Counted from the first letter of the stretch, positions 39,483 through 50,067 are shown. The stretch: DNA of 64,000 nucleotides from Collinsella sp. (GCA_029264355.1 JARIBW010000014.1:26039-90038), one strand, 5' to 3'. Notes: generated by a model not told the origin, from the letters alone. A program made the numbers and translations.

Positions 39483-40013
39483 CTAGTTCTCCTTCTTGCC
39501 AACAAACATCTCGGAGACGGTGAGGCCGCGGCGGGCAGCGACATCCTCAGGGGTGGAGAGCTGCTTGAGACCCTCGGCAGCGGCCTTGATGATGTTCAGG
39601 CCGTTGTCGGAACCGAGCGACTTGGACAGAATGTTCTTGATGCCGGCCAGCTCGAAGAGCGGACGGACGGCACCGCCGGCGATGACGCCGGTACCCTCGA
39701 CAGCGGGGCGCATGATGATGCTAGCGGCACCGAACTCGCCCTGAACGTCGTGGGGAATGGTGCCCTCGGCGGTCACGGGAACGTGGAACATGTGCTTCTT
39801 GGCATCGATGGAGGCCTTGGAGATGGCCAGCGGCACCTCCGCGGACTTGCCCATGCCCAGACCGACGTTGCCCTTGCCGTCGCCCACGACCACGAGGGCC
39901 ACGAGGCTCATGCGGCGACCGCCCTTGACGGTCTTGGCGACGCGGTTGATGAAAACGACGCGCTCCTCGAACTCGGAGGCCTCGCGCTGCTGCTTCTGCT
40001 GATTACGAGCCAT
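39483..40013 (-). CDS. rpsE: 30S ribosomal protein S5
   Basis: [12 protein letters not shown] and [11 protein letters not shown]. Confidence 0.99.
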   Translation of the reverse strand: MARNQQKQQREASEFEERVVFINRVAKTVKGGRRMSLVALVVVGDGKGNVGLGMGKSAEVPLAISKASIDAKKHMFHVPVTAEGTIPHDVQGEFGAASIIMRPAVEGTGVIAGGAVRPLFELAGIKNILSKSLGSDNGLNIIKAAAEGLKQLSTPEDVAARRGLTVSEMFVGKKEN

Positions 40014-40024
40014 GCTCTTACCTC

Positions 40025-40387
40025 CTAGAATTCGAGACCGGCGGCACGGGCACCGTCGGCGAGGGCCTTGACGCGACCATGGTAGATGCGGCCACCGCGG
40101 TCGAAGGAAACGGTCTTGATGCCGGCCTCGAGGGCGCGCTCGCCCACGAGCTTACCGACCTTCTCGGCAGCCTCCTTGTTGCTGGTGGTCGAGCCCTTGA
40201 ACTCGGCCTCGAGGGTGGAGGCGGAGACGAGGGTGTGACCCTTGGTGTCGTCGACGATCATGGCGTAGATGTTGGCGTTGGAACGCACGACGCGCAGACG
40301 CGGGCGGGCCGGGGTGCCAAAGATCTTGCCGCGGACACGGCGCTGACGACGCTTGAGGCCGGCGCGCTTTGCCTGTTGCTTGTTCAT
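40025..40387 (-). CDS. rplR: 50S ribosomal protein L18
   Basis: [10 protein letters not shown] and [12 protein letters not shown]. Confidence 0.98.
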   Translation of the reverse strand: MNKQQAKRAGLKRRQRRVRGKIFGTPARPRLRVVRSNANIYAMIVDDTKGHTLVSASTLEAEFKGSTTSNKEAAEKVGKLVGERALEAGIKTVSFDRGGRIYHGRVKALADGARAAGLEF

Positions 40388-40455
40388 GTGAAACTCCTTA
40401 TGAAGTCCTGCCAGCACCTGACGGGGTGCTGGTCTTACGACGTGGAAGCGCTCTA

Positions 40456-40992
40456 CTACTTAGCAGCCTTGCCGAGCTTGCGGCGGATGTGCTCGCCCAG
40501 GTAGTGGATGCCCTTGCCCTTGTAAGGCTCCGGCGGACGCTTGGCACGGATCTCGGCGGCAACCTGGCCGACCTGCTGCTTGTCAATGCCCTTGACGTGG
40601 ATGTGGGTGTTGTCCGGGCACTCGAAGGTGATGCCCTCGGGGGCGGTGTAGATCACCGGGTGGGAGTAACCCAGGGACAGGTCCAGATCCTTGCCCTTGA
40701 GCTGGACACGGTAGCCGACGCCGGCGAGCTCGAGGACCTTGGTGTAGCCCTCGGAGACGCCGATGACCATGTTCTGGATCAGGGCGCGGGTGAGGCCGTG
40801 ACGGGCACGGGTCTCACGCTCGTCGTCGGGGCGGGCGACGGTCAGCACGCCGTCCTCGACCTCGATGGTGAGCTTCTCATAGAAATCGGCCTCAAGAGTA
40901 CCCTTGGGGCCCTTCACGGACACGTGAGTGCCGTCAACTGCCACTTCGACTCCGGCGGGAATCTGGACAGGCTTCTTACCGATACGAGACAC
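40456..40992 (-). CDS. rplF: 50S ribosomal protein L6
   Basis: SRIGKKPV and [11 protein letters not shown]; GTG start. Confidence 0.98.
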   Translation of the reverse strand: MSRIGKKPVQIPAGVEVAVDGTHVSVKGPKGTLEADFYEKLTIEVEDGVLTVARPDDERETRARHGLTRALIQNMVIGVSEGYTKVLELAGVGYRVQLKGKDLDLSLGYSHPVIYTAPEGITFECPDNTHIHVKGIDKQQVGQVAAEIRAKRPPEPYKGKGIHYLGEHIRRKLGKAAK

Positions 40993-41026
40993 GGTGTTCT
41001 CCTTTCCTTCTACTCGCCTAAGCGAA

Positions 41027-41425
41027 TTACCAGATGAGGGCGATGACCTCGCCGCCGATGCCCTTCTTGCGAGCATCGCGGTCGGCCATGACACCCTGGC
41101 TGGTGGAAACAATGGCGGTACCGAGGCCGCCGCGGACGCGGGGGAGGTCCTTCACGCCGGCGTACTTGCGCAGACCAGGCTTGGAGTAGCGCTTGATGCC
41201 GTTGATGACCTTGGCCTTCTTGGGACCGTACTTGAGGGTGATGTGCAGGGTCTTGGCGGGGGCGGTGTCCTCAACGGTGTAGCCCTCGATGTAGCCCTCC
41301 TCGTAGATGACTCGAGCGATCTCGACGAGCTTCTTGGAGCTCGGCATCGAGACCTCGGCCTTGTTCGCAGCATTGCCGTTGCGGATGCGCGTGAGCATGT
41401 CTGCGATCGGGTCGGTGAGATTCAT
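41027..41425 (-). CDS. rpsH: 30S ribosomal protein S8
   Basis: [18 protein letters not shown] and STSQG. Confidence 0.99.
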   Translation of the reverse strand: MNLTDPIADMLTRIRNGNAANKAEVSMPSSKKLVEIARVIYEEGYIEGYTVEDTAPAKTLHITLKYGPKKAKVINGIKRYSKPGLRKYAGVKDLPRVRGGLGTAIVSTSQGVMADRDARKKGIGGEVIALIW

Positions 41426-41551
41426 GTGGATTCTCCTTCGTTCTTGATGAGTCCGTGCCATCGGTACTCCCCCACCCTTAGCGGGAAAGCCTGTAAAGCA
41501 CGTCTTCCGTACGCCCCACCTCCCAGGCGAGGCGGGCGCGCTGGCAGTGAC

Positions 41552-41737
41552 TTACCAGCTGGCCTTCTTGATGCCGGGAAGCTCGCCCTTGAGCGCCAGC
41601 TCGCGGAAGCAGACACGGCACAGGCCGAACTTGCGGTACACAGAGTGCGGACGGCCGCAGCGCTGGCAGCGCGTGTACTCGCGGGTCGAGAACTTCTGCT
41701 TGCGATTGCACTTGACGATCATCGATGTCTTAGCCAC
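41552..41737 (-). CDS. rpsN: 30S ribosomal protein S14, short Zn-binding type
   Basis: 61 aa, RCQRCGR...LCRVCFR...PGIKKASW. Confidence 0.98.
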   Translation of the reverse strand: MAKTSMIVKCNRKQKFSTREYTRCQRCGRPHSVYRKFGLCRVCFRELALKGELPGIKKASW

Positions 41738-41827
41738 TTATTTCCTCCTCACATACGTATATATGCGCCTCGGACAGGCGGCACGTGCTCTTCGCGCACC
41801 GCCTGTGGTACCCGGGGCCTTGAGAAC

Positions 41828-42385
41828 CTATTTCTTGAACGGGAAACCGAAGGCGTCGAGAAGGGCCTTGGCCTCTTCGTCGGTCTTCGCGGTGGTGACG
41901 ATGGTGATATCCATACCACGGGTGTGGTCGACGGAGTCGAAGTCAACCTCGGGGAAGATGAGCTGCTCGGTGACGCCCATCGAGAAGTTGCCGCGGCCGT
42001 CGAAGGACTTGGCGGAGATACCGCGGAAGTCGCGGATACGGGGGATGGCGACGGAGGTCAGACGATCGAAGAACTCCCACATGCGGTCGCCGCGCAGGGT
42101 GACCTTGGCGCCGATGGGCATGCCAGCGCGCAGCTTGAAGGAGGCGATGGACTTGCGGGCGCGGGTGACCATGGGCTGCTGGCCGGTGATGACGCGCAGG
42201 TCGCGGACGGCACCGTCGATGGCCTTGGAATCGGTGGCGGCCTCGCCGACACCCATGTTCACGACGATCTTCTCGAACTTGGGGATCATCATGACGTTCT
42301 CATACTGGAACTTGTCCTGCATGAGCTGCTTGACCTCGTCGTTGTACTTGGTCTTGAGACGGGGAATGTACTTCTCCTCAGCCAT
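41828..42385 (-). CDS. rplE: 50S ribosomal protein L5
   Basis: [21 protein letters not shown] and GMDITI. Confidence 0.99.
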   Translation of the reverse strand: MAEEKYIPRLKTKYNDEVKQLMQDKFQYENVMMIPKFEKIVVNMGVGEAATDSKAIDGAVRDLRVITGQQPMVTRARKSIASFKLRAGMPIGAKVTLRGDRMWEFFDRLTSVAIPRIRDFRGISAKSFDGRGNFSMGVTEQLIFPEVDFDSVDHTRGMDITIVTTAKTDEEAKALLDAFGFPFKK

Positions 42386-42519
42386 TTTCACTCCTTACTG
42401 GGGTTTTAAGCACGGGGTTGGCCACGCGGGTTAGCCTCGTGCCTCCTGACGTGCGCCATGCCCGCGATGGCTGTCTTGGGCATGACGAATTGACGGCAGG
42501 AGCCGACAAAACAGTCGTT

Positions 42520-42548
42520 ACTATACGCTTATACGGGAACGATTGCCA
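42520..42548 (-). promoter_or_regulatory. Candidate sigma-A promoter for rplE and downstream genes
   Basis: Minus-strand TGGCAA-17 bp-TATAGT about 135 bp upstream of rplE. Confidence 0.5.
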
Positions 42549-42693
42549 CCGCAACTTCATGTATGCAGGTAAATCCACAAATCGGATAGCCGCGCACACC
42601 CCTGCGGACGCTTTACCCGACGCAATGCGTTCGCATGGGCGGGTTTCTATCATCTTATACTTGTTTAAAAACATCTTTCTTGGGAGCCTCTGT

Positions 42694-45213
42694 ATGACTT
42701 CTTTTTCCTCAAAACCCGAATTGCTCGCACCCGCAGGGGGCCCTGAGCCGTTTTACGCCGCCCTCGCCGCCGGCGCGGACGCCATCTACTGCGGCATGGG
42801 TTCGTTCAATGCCCGACGAAAGGCCGACAATTTCACCGACGAGGCCTTCGAGGCCGCGTGCCGCGCGGCGCACCTCGCCGGGTCGCGCGTCTATGTGACC
42901 GTCAACATCGTGATCAAAGATGAGGAGATGGGCAGCGCCCTCTCGCTCGTCGAACGCTGCTGGAACCTCGGAGCCGACGCGTTCATCATCCAGGACTGGG
43001 GCCTGTTCTTTGAGATTCGCCGCCTCATGCCCGAGGTGGAGACGCACATCTCCACGCAGGCCAACATCCATGACGCCCGGGGCACCGCTTGGTGCAAGGA
43101 AGCCGGCGCCGATCGCGTCACGCTCTCCCGCGAGCTTTCCGTCGACGAAATCTCCGCGATCCATGAAGCCGTGGACATCGAGCTCGAGGTGTTCTCCCAT
43201 GGAGCCATCTGCTTTTGCTATTCGGGCATCTGCCTGCTTTCCAGCTTCACCTCCCGGGGGCGCTCGGCGAATCGCGGCATGTGCGCGCAACCCTGCCGCC
43301 TGCCCTACGAACTGATCGACGAGACGGGGCGCTCCTGGTCCAAGCCCGGCCGTGAGCGAGCCCTGTGCCCGCGAGACACCTGCACCGCCGACATGCTCGC
43401 TCGTCTATTGGATGCGGGCGCCCATGCCCTGAAGCTTGAAGGGCGCATGAAGGCCCCCGACTACGTGCATTCCATCGTGAGCGTCTATCGCGCGCAACTC
43501 GATGACATCCTCGCCGACCGAGAGATCTCGGACGAGACCGCGCAGGCCCGCTACCGCCAGCTCAAGCGGTGCTTCAACCGCGACTTCACCTGTGAGTACC
43601 AAAACGGTCGGTCCGGCGATGAGATGATGAGTTATGAACGCTCGAACAACCGCGGGCAAATCGTGGGCGAAGTGCTCGGCAGCAAGCCTCTCGGCGGCAC
43701 GCAGGGGCTGAAACCCGACGACAAGCGCCGGCGCGCCGCCTGGACGAGGCTGCGCCTTTCCGAGCCCGTGGGCAAGGGGGACCTGCTCGAGCTGCGCCAC
43801 GATGACGAGTTCGAACAGTTCCTCACCGCAATCGCGCCCGAGGACGCGCGGGCGGGCGACATCATCGAGTGCCGCACCGCCCGCCCCATGCCCGCCGGCG
43901 CCCTCGTGCGCCTCATTCGCAGCCAGGCCGCGCTCGACGCCGCCGAGGCAGCGCTCAAGCGCCCCGTCGCCCGCAAACGCGCTGTGGACGTGCGCGTCGA
44001 GGCGCATCGGGGACGGCCGTTTTGCGTCGAGCTGACCTGCGTCGACGATCCGGCGCTTTCCGGGCGCGCAGACGGCTTCACGGTGGAGGCCGCCAAGACC
44101 CGCGCCGTCTCGGCAGGGGATCTGGTCGAGCACGTGGGCCGCATGGGCTCGTCGCCATTCGAGGCGGCAAGTTTCGACATCCAGCTCGACGAGGGCTGCG
44201 GCATGGGGTTCTCCGCCGTGCACAAGGTGCGCGCCGCCGCATGCGAGGCGCTGGAACGCGCCATTCTCGCACCGTATCGAGAGCGCGTCGAGCACGTCAT
44301 CGACGCACGTGGTCCTGAGATCCCTCGCTCCCCCTTCGTCCACGATGGGCAAGCCCCCAGATCCGCTCATGCCGTCCCATGCGGGGATGAGCGCGAATCC
44401 GGCGAGATCTGCGCACTCGTCACCTCGTGTGACGCCGCCGAAGCCGCGCGCGACGCCGGCGCGGGACGCGTGTACATGTCTGTCGATGACCTGGTTTCCG
44501 CCGGCCTCTCCCCCGCCGATTGCGCCGAACGGGGAATCATACCCGTCCTTGATGAGGTTTCCCGCGAAATCGACCATGAGAGACTCGACCCCTGGCTGCT
44601 CACCGGCCAGCCCGCCGCCGTTGGAACCATCTCCGAGCTTTCACTCGGCGCACGGCGCGGCGCCGATATCGAACTCCGCAGCTGCATCCCCGTGCACAAC
44701 GTCTCGGCCATGCACGCGCTCTCGGCCCGTGGCGCACATGGCGCTTGGCTCTCGCCCGAGCTCACCCTCGCCGAGATCGAACGCATCGCCCCCCATCATG
44801 GCGACATGAGCCTCGGCATCATGGTGCTCGGCGCACCGCGCGTCATGACCGCCGAGCATTGCATCCTGCAGGTTGCCGGCGCCTGCATCCACGACTGCAC
44901 GCGATGCCGTCTGCGCACGCGAGACTTCAAGCTGAAAAATATCGATGGACGCCTGCTCCCCGTGCGCACGGGCCTCAACGGCCGCAGCCATCTATATGAC
45001 GGCGTTCAGCTTGACACGACGCCCCAGATCCCCCAGCTGCTACACGCGGGCGTGTCCCGCTTCCTTGTCGACGCCACATTGATGGATATCGATATGTTGA
45101 CTCGAAGCGTCATCCGAGCAAAACGCGCGCTCGATGCCGCGATTTCTGGCCGCACCCCAAGTAAGCGTTTGCCTGGTACAAGCTCCGGATGTCTATTCCA
45201 GGGCGTCGAGTAG
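42694..45213 (+). CDS. Peptidase U32-family protein with DUF3656-like segment (RlhA-like), paralog 2
   Basis: KPELLAPAG, FNARRKA, HGAICFCYSGIC, SANRGMCAQPCRLPY, KLEGRMK and EHVGRMGSSPF...HKVR. Confidence 0.9.
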   Translation: MTSFSSKPELLAPAGGPEPFYAALAAGADAIYCGMGSFNARRKADNFTDEAFEAACRAAHLAGSRVYVTVNIVIKDEEMGSALSLVERCWNLGADAFIIQDWGLFFEIRRLMPEVETHISTQANIHDARGTAWCKEAGADRVTLSRELSVDEISAIHEAVDIELEVFSHGAICFCYSGICLLSSFTSRGRSANRGMCAQPCRLPYELIDETGRSWSKPGRERALCPRDTCTADMLARLLDAGAHALKLEGRMKAPDYVHSIVSVYRAQLDDILADREISDETAQARYRQLKRCFNRDFTCEYQNGRSGDEMMSYERSNNRGQIVGEVLGSKPLGGTQGLKPDDKRRRAAWTRLRLSEPVGKGDLLELRHDDEFEQFLTAIAPEDARAGDIIECRTARPMPAGALVRLIRSQAALDAAEAALKRPVARKRAVDVRVEAHRGRPFCVELTCVDDPALSGRADGFTVEAAKTRAVSAGDLVEHVGRMGSSPFEAASFDIQLDEGCGMGFSAVHKVRAAACEALERAILAPYRERVEHVIDARGPEIPRSPFVHDGQAPRSAHAVPCGDERESGEICALVTSCDAAEAARDAGAGRVYMSVDDLVSAGLSPADCAERGIIPVLDEVSREIDHERLDPWLLTGQPAAVGTISELSLGARRGADIELRSCIPVHNVSAMHALSARGAHGAWLSPELTLAEIERIAPHHGDMSLGIMVLGAPRVMTAEHCILQVAGACIHDCTRCRLRTRDFKLKNIDGRLLPVRTGLNGRSHLYDGVQLDTTPQIPQLLHAGVSRFLVDATLMDIDMLTRSVIRAKRALDAAISGRTPSKRLPGTSSGCLFQGVE

Positions 45214-45239
45214 CCTCTACGTCGGCACCGTGGATGCGA

Positions 45240-45270
45240 GTGGGGGCGGGATCTCATACCCCGCCCCCAC
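45240..45270. terminator. GC-rich hairpin after the U32 gene
   Basis: GTGGGGGCGGG / CCCGCCCCCAC. Confidence 0.55.
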
Positions 45271-45446
45271 CGACTTTGCTTCGACTCGCATGTGATCGAT
45301 TGCGCCATCTCGCGCGCTTGCATATCGACATATATCTATCTATAAAATACGGCCCCTGGACCAGACGACTCGATGGGAAACACCCATTCCCATGCGATAA
45401 TCGGTGGACATTCCGTCATCTGCATTACCGTCCGCGCCGACCCACG

Positions 45447-45536
45447 ACGTTCCGGACCTCCGTTGCGTTCCGGACCTCCACGGCGCTCCGGCCCTCCGTT
45501 GCGTTCCGGGCATCCATTGCGCTCCAGCCTCGCTAT
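45447..45536. repeat. Imperfect 18-bp tandem repeat (about 5 units)
   Basis: ACGTTCCGGACCTCCGTT, GCGTTCCGGACCTCCACG, GCGCTCCGGCCCTCCGTT, GCGTTCCGGGCATCCATT, GCGCTCCAGCCTCGCTAT. Confidence 0.8.
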
Positions 45537-46621
45537 TCCTCCTCCGGATACACGACGCCCCAGTCACGACGCAACCGGGTCATCGTCTCCATCACATCCG
45601 AGGTGAAGTCGATAAGTTTCAGCTTCGACTCATCCCCAGCCACCGCTCGCTCCAGGTCTGCGATTTCATAACAGAGCGCATATGCCTCGACGCCAGAGTG
45701 AACCTCCTCGCGACGTCCATCGGAAGTCCAGGTGATCGTCGCGCGATCCGCGCGTGGATATGCCATGACCTCGATATAGCAATCGTCAAAGCACAGATCC
45801 ACTCGCTTGGGCTGCTTGGCATGCATTGTCAAGGAAAACACGCCGAGCTGGCCCTGCCCGTTGCGCGTGATGAACCCGCTCTCCTCATCAACCCCCGTCT
45901 TGAAGAGATTGGCCAAAGAAACCACCTCATTGGGCTGGCTTTCCATGAACAGGCGTGCGACCGTAAGCGCATACACGCCGATGTCCAACATCGCGCCGCC
46001 AGCGAGGGAACGGTTCCAGAAGCGGGTATCCGTATCCTCATAGTCGTGGTAGCTGCCAAAGTTAACCTGAGCAAGGCGGAGTCTACCGAACTCCTTGGCA
46101 TCAGCACGTCGCTTGAGTTCGTCGTACAAAGGCATGTGAAGGATCGTGGTCGCATCCATCAAAACGACGCCGCACCCATCGGCGATGGAACGCGCTTCAG
46201 CAAGTTCTTCCGAATTGAGCGTGATCGCCTTTTCGCAGAGCACGTGTTTCCCCGCCGCGAGAGCACCGCGTAGATACTCGATATGGGTATTGTGGGGGGT
46301 CGTGATGTAAACGGCGTCGACCGCTTGGTCGGCATAAAGTTGCTCGACTGTATCGTATACACGCGAAACGCCATACTTGGAAGCAAATGCCTCCGCCTTG
46401 GATCGTGTACGGTTTACAACGCCATGGATCTTTCTCCCCGCGAGTGCAAACGATTGGGCCATCTGGTTTGCGACCACACCGCAACCGACAACCGCCCATG
46501 TAAGCCCAGGCGCGATAAAGATATCATCCGGGAACGGCGCCCCCTCGACTGCGGCAAACGCCGCTTTCGCCGCTTCAGCGGCATTAAGGGGCTCAGAATC
46601 GTGAGTAGTCCGTGTGTCCAT
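45533..46621 (-). CDS. Gfo/Idh/MocA-family oxidoreductase
   Basis: WAVVGCGVVA, VYITTPHNTH, HVLCEKAI and GGAMLDIGVY; likely start MDTRTT. Confidence 0.92.
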   Translation of the reverse strand: MDTRTTHDSEPLNAAEAAKAAFAAVEGAPFPDDIFIAPGLTWAVVGCGVVANQMAQSFALAGRKIHGVVNRTRSKAEAFASKYGVSRVYDTVEQLYADQAVDAVYITTPHNTHIEYLRGALAAGKHVLCEKAITLNSEELAEARSIADGCGVVLMDATTILHMPLYDELKRRADAKEFGRLRLAQVNFGSYHDYEDTDTRFWNRSLAGGAMLDIGVYALTVARLFMESQPNEVVSLANLFKTGVDEESGFITRNGQGQLGVFSLTMHAKQPKRVDLCFDDCYIEVMAYPRADRATITWTSDGRREEVHSGVEAYALCYEIADLERAVAGDESKLKLIDFTSDVMETMTRLRRDWGVVYPEEE

Positions 46622-46750
46622 GTGTACCCCATTTCCATATCGGATCGCTACGCTGCAATTTTGGCACAAGGTACGAGTCCCCAGCATCCGAAGCGAATAT
46701 AGTCAGGCATGAGGATGCCAATATATCGAAAATTCAGGGGTAAATTTTGA

Positions 46751-46888
46751 AAGTGTACGTTTTGGGGCAGGTTTTCGGCCCATTTTTCGATTTTGACCAT
46801 TGAGGACAGACGTTTCCGCAGGTCGGAAATGCTCGAATCTCCGAGTAGGGGCATCGCGGAGCCAAAACCTGCCCCAAAACGTACACTT
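46751..46888. mobile_element. 138-bp element with perfect 25-bp terminal inverted repeats (MITE/REP-like)
   Basis: AAGTGTACGTTTTGGGGCAGGTTTT (46751-46775) and its exact reverse complement (46864-46888) flank 88 bp of non-coding DNA. The repeat is certain; mobility is inferred. Confidence 0.55.
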
Positions 46889-46914
46889 ATAACTCCGATT
46901 GACCTCCACAAAGA

Positions 46915-46949
46915 AAACCCCCTGAATGCCTAAGCAATTCAGGGGGTTT
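46915..46949 (-). terminator. Intrinsic terminator after rplX
   Basis: AAACCCCCTGAAT / ATTCAGGGGGTTT, followed by TTCTTTG on the minus strand. Confidence 0.85.
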
Positions 46950-46972
46950 GCAGAAGCTCTAGATGCTAAATC

Positions 46973-47296
46973 TTAGAACTTGTGGCCGCACTTCTTGCAA
47001 ATGCGGAGCTTGGTCTTGTGACCGTCGAGCTCGCCGGCCTCATGGCCGACACGGGTGCGCTTCTCGCACGCGGGGCAGATGAGCTGGACGTTGGAGACGT
47101 CGATCGGCATCTCCTTGTCGACGATACCGCCCTGCTGACCGGCAGCGGTGGGCTTAACGGCCTTCTTGGCGACGGCGACGCCTTCGACGATAACCTTGCC
47201 CTCGGAAGGCAGCGCGCGCAGGACAACGCCCTGCTTGCCGCGATCCTTGCCGGAGAGCACCTCGACCTTGTCGCCCTTCTTGATGGACATAGACAT
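46973..47296 (-). CDS. rplX: 50S ribosomal protein L24
   Basis: IKKGDKVEVLSGKDRGK and PIDVSNV. Confidence 0.99.
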   Translation of the reverse strand: MSMSIKKGDKVEVLSGKDRGKQGVVLRALPSEGKVIVEGVAVAKKAVKPTAAGQQGGIVDKEMPIDVSNVQLICPACEKRTRVGHEAGELDGHKTKLRICKKCGHKF

Positions 47297-47314
47297 AGTG
47301 GTCTCTCCCTTACG

Positions 47315-47683
47315 TTAGAGGGTCTCGGGTGCGAGCGAGACGATCTTCATGTACTTCTTGTCACGAAGCTCGCGAGCGACGGGCCCGAAGATACGGGTGC
47401 CGACAGGCGAACCATCCTTGTTGATGACGACGGCGGCGTTGTCGTCGAAGCGGATGTAGGAACCGTCCTTACGGCGGACCTCCTTGACGGTGCGCACGAT
47501 GACGCAGCGGACGACATCCTTCTTCTTGACGTTCGCGCCGGGCGTGGCCTCCTGGACGGCGGCCATGACGACGTCACCGATGCCGGCGTAACGGCGCTTA
47601 GAGCCGCCCAGCACCTTAATGCAACGAACCTTGCGCGCACCGGAGTTGTCGGCAACGTTCAGCATGGTTTGCATCTGAATCAT
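47315..47683 (-). CDS. rplN: 50S ribosomal protein L14
   Basis: [16 protein letters not shown] and [13 protein letters not shown]; 122 aa. Confidence 0.99.
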   Translation of the reverse strand: MIQMQTMLNVADNSGARKVRCIKVLGGSKRRYAGIGDVVMAAVQEATPGANVKKKDVVRCVIVRTVKEVRRKDGSYIRFDDNAAVVINKDGSPVGTRIFGPVARELRDKKYMKIVSLAPETL

Positions 47684-47790
47684 GGTTGGAACCTTTCCGA
47701 ACCTAGGCCAGCGAGAGGTGCGACCGCCCATGGTGGATGCCCGGGGCATCCGGACGGGCGCACATCACCGGGAAACTTACATCGACAAGC

Positions 47791-48057
47791 TTACTTGGCG
47801 CGCTCGATGATCTCGACGAGACGCCAACGCTTGGTGGCGGACAGCGGACGGGTCTCCATGATACGGACGGTATCGCCGACACCAGCGATGTTCTCCTCGT
47901 CGTGGACGTGGAACTTCTTGGTGCTGGTCATCATCTTGCCGTACTTGGGGTGACGCTTGCGCTCCGTGGTGGTCACAACAATGCTCTTGTTGCCCATGAT
48001 GGAGGAAACGATACCCTGGCGGACCTTGCGCGCGTTGCGCTCAGTTGCTTCAGCCAT
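47791..48057 (-). CDS. rpsQ: 30S ribosomal protein S17
   Basis: HPKYGK and [11 protein letters not shown]. Confidence 0.99.
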   Translation of the reverse strand: MAEATERNARKVRQGIVSSIMGNKSIVVTTTERKRHPKYGKMMTSTKKFHVHDEENIAGVGDTVRIMETRPLSATKRWRLVEIIERAK

Positions 48058-48071
48058 TATCTACTCCTGTG

Positions 48072-48287
48072 CTACTCGGTGGCAGCGGACTTCTCCGCTG
48101 CGATCTGACGGGCACGCTGCTCGGTGAGGACACGAGCGATGTCCTTCTTCACGGTGGTCACGCGAGCGGTGTTGTCCAGCTGGCTGGTGGCCATCTGGAA
48201 ACGAAGGTTGAAGAGCTCGGCGCGGCAATCCTTCAGCTTCTCAGCCAGGGCCTCGTCGGAAAGCTCACGAATCTCTGCGGGCTTCAT
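48072..48287 (-). CDS. rpmC: 50S ribosomal protein L29
   Basis: ELFNLRFQ and KDIARVLT. Confidence 0.98.
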   Translation of the reverse strand: MKPAEIRELSDEALAEKLKDCRAELFNLRFQMATSQLDNTARVTTVKKDIARVLTEQRARQIAAEKSAATE

Positions 48288-48711
48288 TACTTGTCCTCCC
48301 CGTTCTTAGCGCGGGTAATGATCTTGGTCTTGATCGGCAGCTTGTGCTGGGCAAGACGCAGGGCCTCGCGTGCGATCTCCTCGGACACGCCGGCGATCTC
48401 GAACATGACGCGGCCCGGCTTGACGACGGCCACCCACTCCTCGGGGTTACCCTTACCGGAACCCATGCGGGTCTCCGCGGGCTTCTTGGTGATGGGCTTG
48501 TCCGGGAAGATGGTGATGTAGACCTTACCGCCACGCTTCATGTAACGGGTCATGGCGATACGAGCGGCCTCGATCTGACGATTGGTGATCCAATGGCGAT
48601 CGAGAGCGACGATGCCGTACTCACCGAAATGGAGCTCGGTGTTACCCTTGGCCTGGCCCTTCATGGAGCCACGCTGCACCTTGCGGTGAAGAATACGCTT
48701 AGGAGCGAGCA

Positions 48712-48712
<1 letters not shown>
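48287..48712 (-). CDS. rplP: 50S ribosomal protein L16
   Basis: QIEAARIA and ETRMGSGKG. Confidence 0.99.
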
Positions 48713-49422
<710 letters not shown>

Positions 49423-49427
49423 GACGC

Positions 49428-49793
49428 TTAAGCCTCCTTTCGAGGAGCAACGATGACGGTGATGTGGCTCGTGCGCTTCAGGATGCGGGAAGCGGAGCCC
49501 TTGGCGCGAGGACGGATGCGCTTGAGCGTCGGGCCCTCGTCGACATAAGCGGCCTTGACGAACAGGTCGTCGGCACGCATCTGGTTATTGTGCTCGGCGT
49601 TGGCAACGGCGGAACGCAGGACCTTCTCCACGTCCACAGCGACGGAGCGCGTGCAGAAGTGAAGGATATCGAAGGCCTGGGCGACGTTCTTGCCGCGGAT
49701 CAGGTCGATCACGAGGCGAGCCTTGCCGGGAGAGACGCGCACGTACTTGGCCGTGGCGCGAACCTCGCGGGTCTCGGTGGAAGTAGTAGCCAT
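49428..49793 (-). CDS. rplV: 50S ribosomal protein L22
   Basis: SAVANAEHN and [19 protein letters not shown]. Confidence 0.99.
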   Translation of the reverse strand: MATTSTETREVRATAKYVRVSPGKARLVIDLIRGKNVAQAFDILHFCTRSVAVDVEKVLRSAVANAEHNNQMRADDLFVKAAYVDEGPTLKRIRPRAKGSASRILKRTSHITVIVAPRKEA

Positions 49794-49806
49794 TTACCTA
49801 AACCCC

Positions 49807-50067
49807 CTATTTGGCCTTGTGCGCACGGAAGGTACGGGTGGGCGCGAACTCGCCCAGCTTGTGACCAACCATGGACTCGGTGACGTACACGGGAACATGC
49901 TTGCGGCCGTCGTGAACGGCGATGGTGTGACCGACCATCTCGGGGAAGATGGTGGACGCGCGGGACCAGGTCTTCACGACGTCCTTCTTGCCAGCCTCGT
50001 TCATCGCGATGATACGCGAGAGGAGGCGCGCCTCTACGAACGGGCCCTTTTTGAGACTTCTGCTCAT
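49807..50067 (-). CDS. rpsS: 30S ribosomal protein S19
   Basis: [15 protein letters not shown] and [11 protein letters not shown]. Confidence 0.99.
   Translation of the reverse strand: MSRSLKKGPFVEARLLSRIIAMNEAGKKDVVKTWSRASTIFPEMVGHTIAVHDGRKHVPVYVTESMVGHKLGEFAPTRTFRAHKAK

Noticed and set aside
45447-45536. Possible CRISPR array
   Set aside because: The units abut with no unique spacers, and no cas genes are present.
45373-45606. 77-aa ORF with RSGPP(L/R) repeats
   Set aside because: It is the translation of the 18-bp DNA repeat, has no RBS and overlaps the convergent oxidoreductase.
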